This document shows, in pieces, positions 61,286-64,000 of a DNA stretch of 64,000 nucleotides. The translations under genes and the position numbers were made by a program. Origin of the DNA: Eledone cirrhosa (Eukaryota). Where the stretch lies: assembly GCA_964016885.1 (NCBI GenBank), contig OZ024747.1, positions 11,718,001-11,782,000 of the forward strand. The letters run 5' to 3'. How positions within the stretch are numbered: position 1 is the first letter of the stretch; each line of letters begins with the position of its first letter. Below the pieces are notes generated by a model. It had not been told where the DNA came from and did not search any database. It saw nothing but the letters and a program-made list of their open reading frames with translations.

Positions 61286-64000
61286 GTGGTTCCGTTGCTG
61301 TTGTTGTTGTTGTTTTTGTTTATGGTTCTATTGCTGTTGTTATTGTTCTTTTTGTTTGTGGTTCTTTTGCTGTTGTTATTGTTGTTTTTGTTTGTGGTTC
61401 TATTGCTGTTGTTATTGTTGTTTTTGTTTGTGGTTCTATTGCTGTTGTTATTGTTGTTTTTGTTTGTGGTTCTATTGCTGTTGTTATTTTTTTTTTATTC
61501 GTGGTTCTATTGCTGTTGTTGTTGTAGTTTTTGTTTGTGGTTCTATTGCTGTTGTTGTAATAGTTTTTGTTTGTGGTTCTATTGCTGTTGTTATTGTTGT
61601 TTTTGTTTGTGGTTCTATTGCTGTTGTTATTGTTGTTTTTGTTTGTGGTTCTATTGCTGTTGTTATTGTTGTTTTTGTTTGTGGTTCTATTACTGTTGTT
61701 ATTGTTGTTTTTATTTGTGGTTCTATTGCTGTTGTTGTAGTTTTTGTTTGTGATTCTATTGCTGTTGTTGTAGTAGTTTTTGTTTGTGGTTCTATTGCTG
61801 TTGTAGTAGTTTTTTCTTGTGGTTCTATTGCTCTTGTTGTAGTTTTTGTTTGTGGTTCTATTGCTGTTGTTGTAGTTTTTGTTTGTGGTTCTATTGCTGT
61901 TGTTGTAGTAGTTTTTGTTTGTGGTTCTATTGCTGTGGTAGGAGTTTTTGTTTGTGGTTCTATTGCTGTTGTTGTTGTAGTTTTTGTTTGTGGTTCTATT
62001 GTTGTTGTTGTAGTTTTTGTTTGTGGTTCTATTGCTCTTGTTGTTGTAGTTTTTGTTTGTGGTTCTATTGCTCTTGTTGTAGTAGTTTCTGTTTGTGGTT
62101 CTATTGCTGTTGTAGTAGAAGTTTTTGTGTGTGGTTCTATTGCTGTTGTTGTTGTAGTTTTTGTTTGTGGTGCTCTTACTGTTGTTGTAGTAGTTTTTGT
62201 TTGTGGTTCTATTGCTACTGTTGTTGTAGTTTTTGTTTGTGGTTCTATTGCTGCTGTTGTTGTAGTTTTTGTTTGTGCTTCTATTGCTCTTATTGTAGTT
62301 TTTGTTTGTGGTTCTATTGATGCTGTTGTAGTAGTTTTTAATTGTGGTTCTATTGCTGTTGTTGTAGTAGTTTTTGTTTGTGTTTCTATTGCTGTTGTTT
62401 TAGTAGTTTTTGTTTGTGGTTCTATTGCTGTTGTTGTTGTAACTGTTGTTTGTGGTTCCATTGCTGTTGTTGTAGTTTTTGTTTGTGGTTCTATTGCTGT
62501 TGTAGTAGTTTTTGTTTGTGGTTCTATTGCTGTTGTTGTAGTTTTTGTTTGTGGTTCTATTGCTACTGTTGTTGTAGTTTTTGTTTGTGGTTCTATTGCT
62601 GCTGTTGTTGTAGTTTTTTTGTGGTTCTATTGCTCTTGTTGTAGTTTTTGTTTGTGGTTCTATTGATGCTGTTGTAGTAGTTTTTATTTGTGGTTCTATT
62701 GCTGTTGTTGTAGAAGTTTTTGTTTGTGGTTCTGTTGCTGTTGTAGTAGTTTTTGTTTGTGGTTCCATTGCTGTTGTTGTAGTTTTTGTTTGTGGTTCTA
62801 TTGCTGTTGTTAAAGTAGTTTTTGTATGTGGTTCTATTGCTGTTGAAGTAGTTTTGTTTGTGGTTCTATTGCTGTTGTAGTAGTTTTTGTTTGTGGTTCT
62901 ATTGCTGTTGTAGTAGTTTTTGTTTGTGTTCTATTGCTGTTGTTGTTGTTGTTGTTGTTGTTGTTTGTGGTTCCATTGCTGTTGTTGTAGTTTTTGTCTG
63001 TGGTTCTATTGCTGTTGTTAAAGTAGTTTTTGTTTGTGGTTCTATTGTTGTTGTAGTAGTTTTTGTTTGTGGTTCTATTGCTGATGTTATTGTTGTTTTT
63101 GTTTATGGTTCTATTGCTGTTGTTCTTGTTGTTTTTGTTTGTGATTCTATTGCTGTTGTTATTGTTGTTTTTGTTTGTGGTTCTATTGCTGTTGTTATTG
63201 TTGTTTTTGTTTGTGCTTCTATTGCTGTTGTTATTGTTGTTTTTGTTTGTGGTTCTATTGCTGTTGTTATTTTTTTTTATTCGTGGTTCTATTGCTGTTG
63301 TTGTTGTAGTTTTTGTTTGTGGTTCTATTGCTGTTGTTGTAGTAGTTTTTGTTTGTGGTTCTATTGCTGTTGTTATTGTTGTTTTTGTTTGTGGTTCTAT
63401 TGCTGTTGTTAATGTTGTTTTTGTTTGTGGTTCTATTGCTGTTGTTATTGTTGTTTTTGTTTGTGGTTCTATTACTGTTGTTATTGTTGTTTTTATTTGT
63501 GGTTCTATTGCTGTTGTTGTAGTTTTTGTTTGTGATTCTATTGCTGTTGTTGTAGTAGTTTTTGTTTGTGGTTCTATTGCTGTTGTAGTAGTTTTTTCTT
63601 GTGGTTCTATTGCTCTTGTTGTAGTTTTTGTTTGTGGTTCTATTGCTGTTGTTGTAGTTTTTGTTTGTGGTTCTATTGCTGTTGTTGTAGTAGTTTTTGT
63701 TTGTGGTTCTATTGCTGTGGTAGGAGTTTTTGTTTGTGGTTCTATTGCTGTTGTTGTTGTAGTTTTTGTTTGTGGTTCTATTGTTGTTGTTGTAGTTTTT
63801 GTTTGTGGTTCTATTGCTCTTGTTGTTGTAGTTTTTGTTTGTGGTTCTATTGCTCTTGTTGTAGTAGTTTTTGTTTGTGGTTCTATTGCTGTTGTAGTAG
63901 AAGTTTTTGTGTGTGGTTCTATTGCTGTTGTTGTTGTAGTTTTTGATTGTGGTGCTCTTACTGTTGTTGTAGTAGTTGTTGTTTGTGGTTCTATTGCTGT
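37058..64000. repeat. >27-kb satellite of 30/33-bp units GTTTTTGTTTGTGGTTCTATTGCT(GTT)n(GTA)n with higher-order duplications
   Basis: Continuous array to the window end, on the order of 850 units. Diagnostic variants recur at fixed kilobase offsets. Confidence 0.98.

Noticed and set aside
46731-62768. Antisense mucin-like ORF (TTTTAIEPQTK repeats)
   Set aside because: Tempting, but variants create stops in that frame (for example the GGTTATATT variant near 44021 and the GTTTATGG variant near 48126), and frameshifts are copied between higher-order blocks. There is no sign of coding constraint.
36844-63946. Giant Cys-rich (FCLWFYCCCC) and Val-rich ORFs, up to 1857 aa
   Set aside because: They are translations of a satellite whose units are multiples of 3. 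Frames swap at T-run slips and there is no unique domain or splice context.

Overview
Repeat-saturated, AT-rich eukaryotic DNA, most likely from a cephalopod (Octopus-like). That assignment is inferred from the Nin-domain tRNA SINEs and the extreme microsatellite density. The only host coding sequence I can support is one 173-bp exon (34837-35009, +) of a PLP-dependent aromatic amino acid decarboxylase, best matching histidine decarboxylase exon 2. Neither neighbouring exon is visible, so most of the window is probably intronic. Bases 1-37 kb are a patchwork of (TA)n/(CA)n/(GTT)n microsatellites, minisatellites (14, 25, 37, ~40 and 117 bp units), tRNA-derived SINEs, LINE fossils (RTE/RTE-X, CR1-group, CRE-like), a mariner fossil, a MITE, and many Penelope-like element (PLE) fragments inserted in (TA)n. 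The PLE material is the most interesting part: an uninterrupted Naiad-type GIY-YIG endonuclease frame missed by the ORF track, three well-formed minimal type I hammerhead ribozymes of one related family, several degenerate hammerhead cores, and near-perfect foldback palindromes whose turning points often lie at the hammerhead core. From 37 kb to the end is a single >27-kb 30/33-bp satellite with kilobase-scale higher-order duplications. Essentially all long ORFs in the supplied track are repeat artefacts. All alignments and folds were done by eye.
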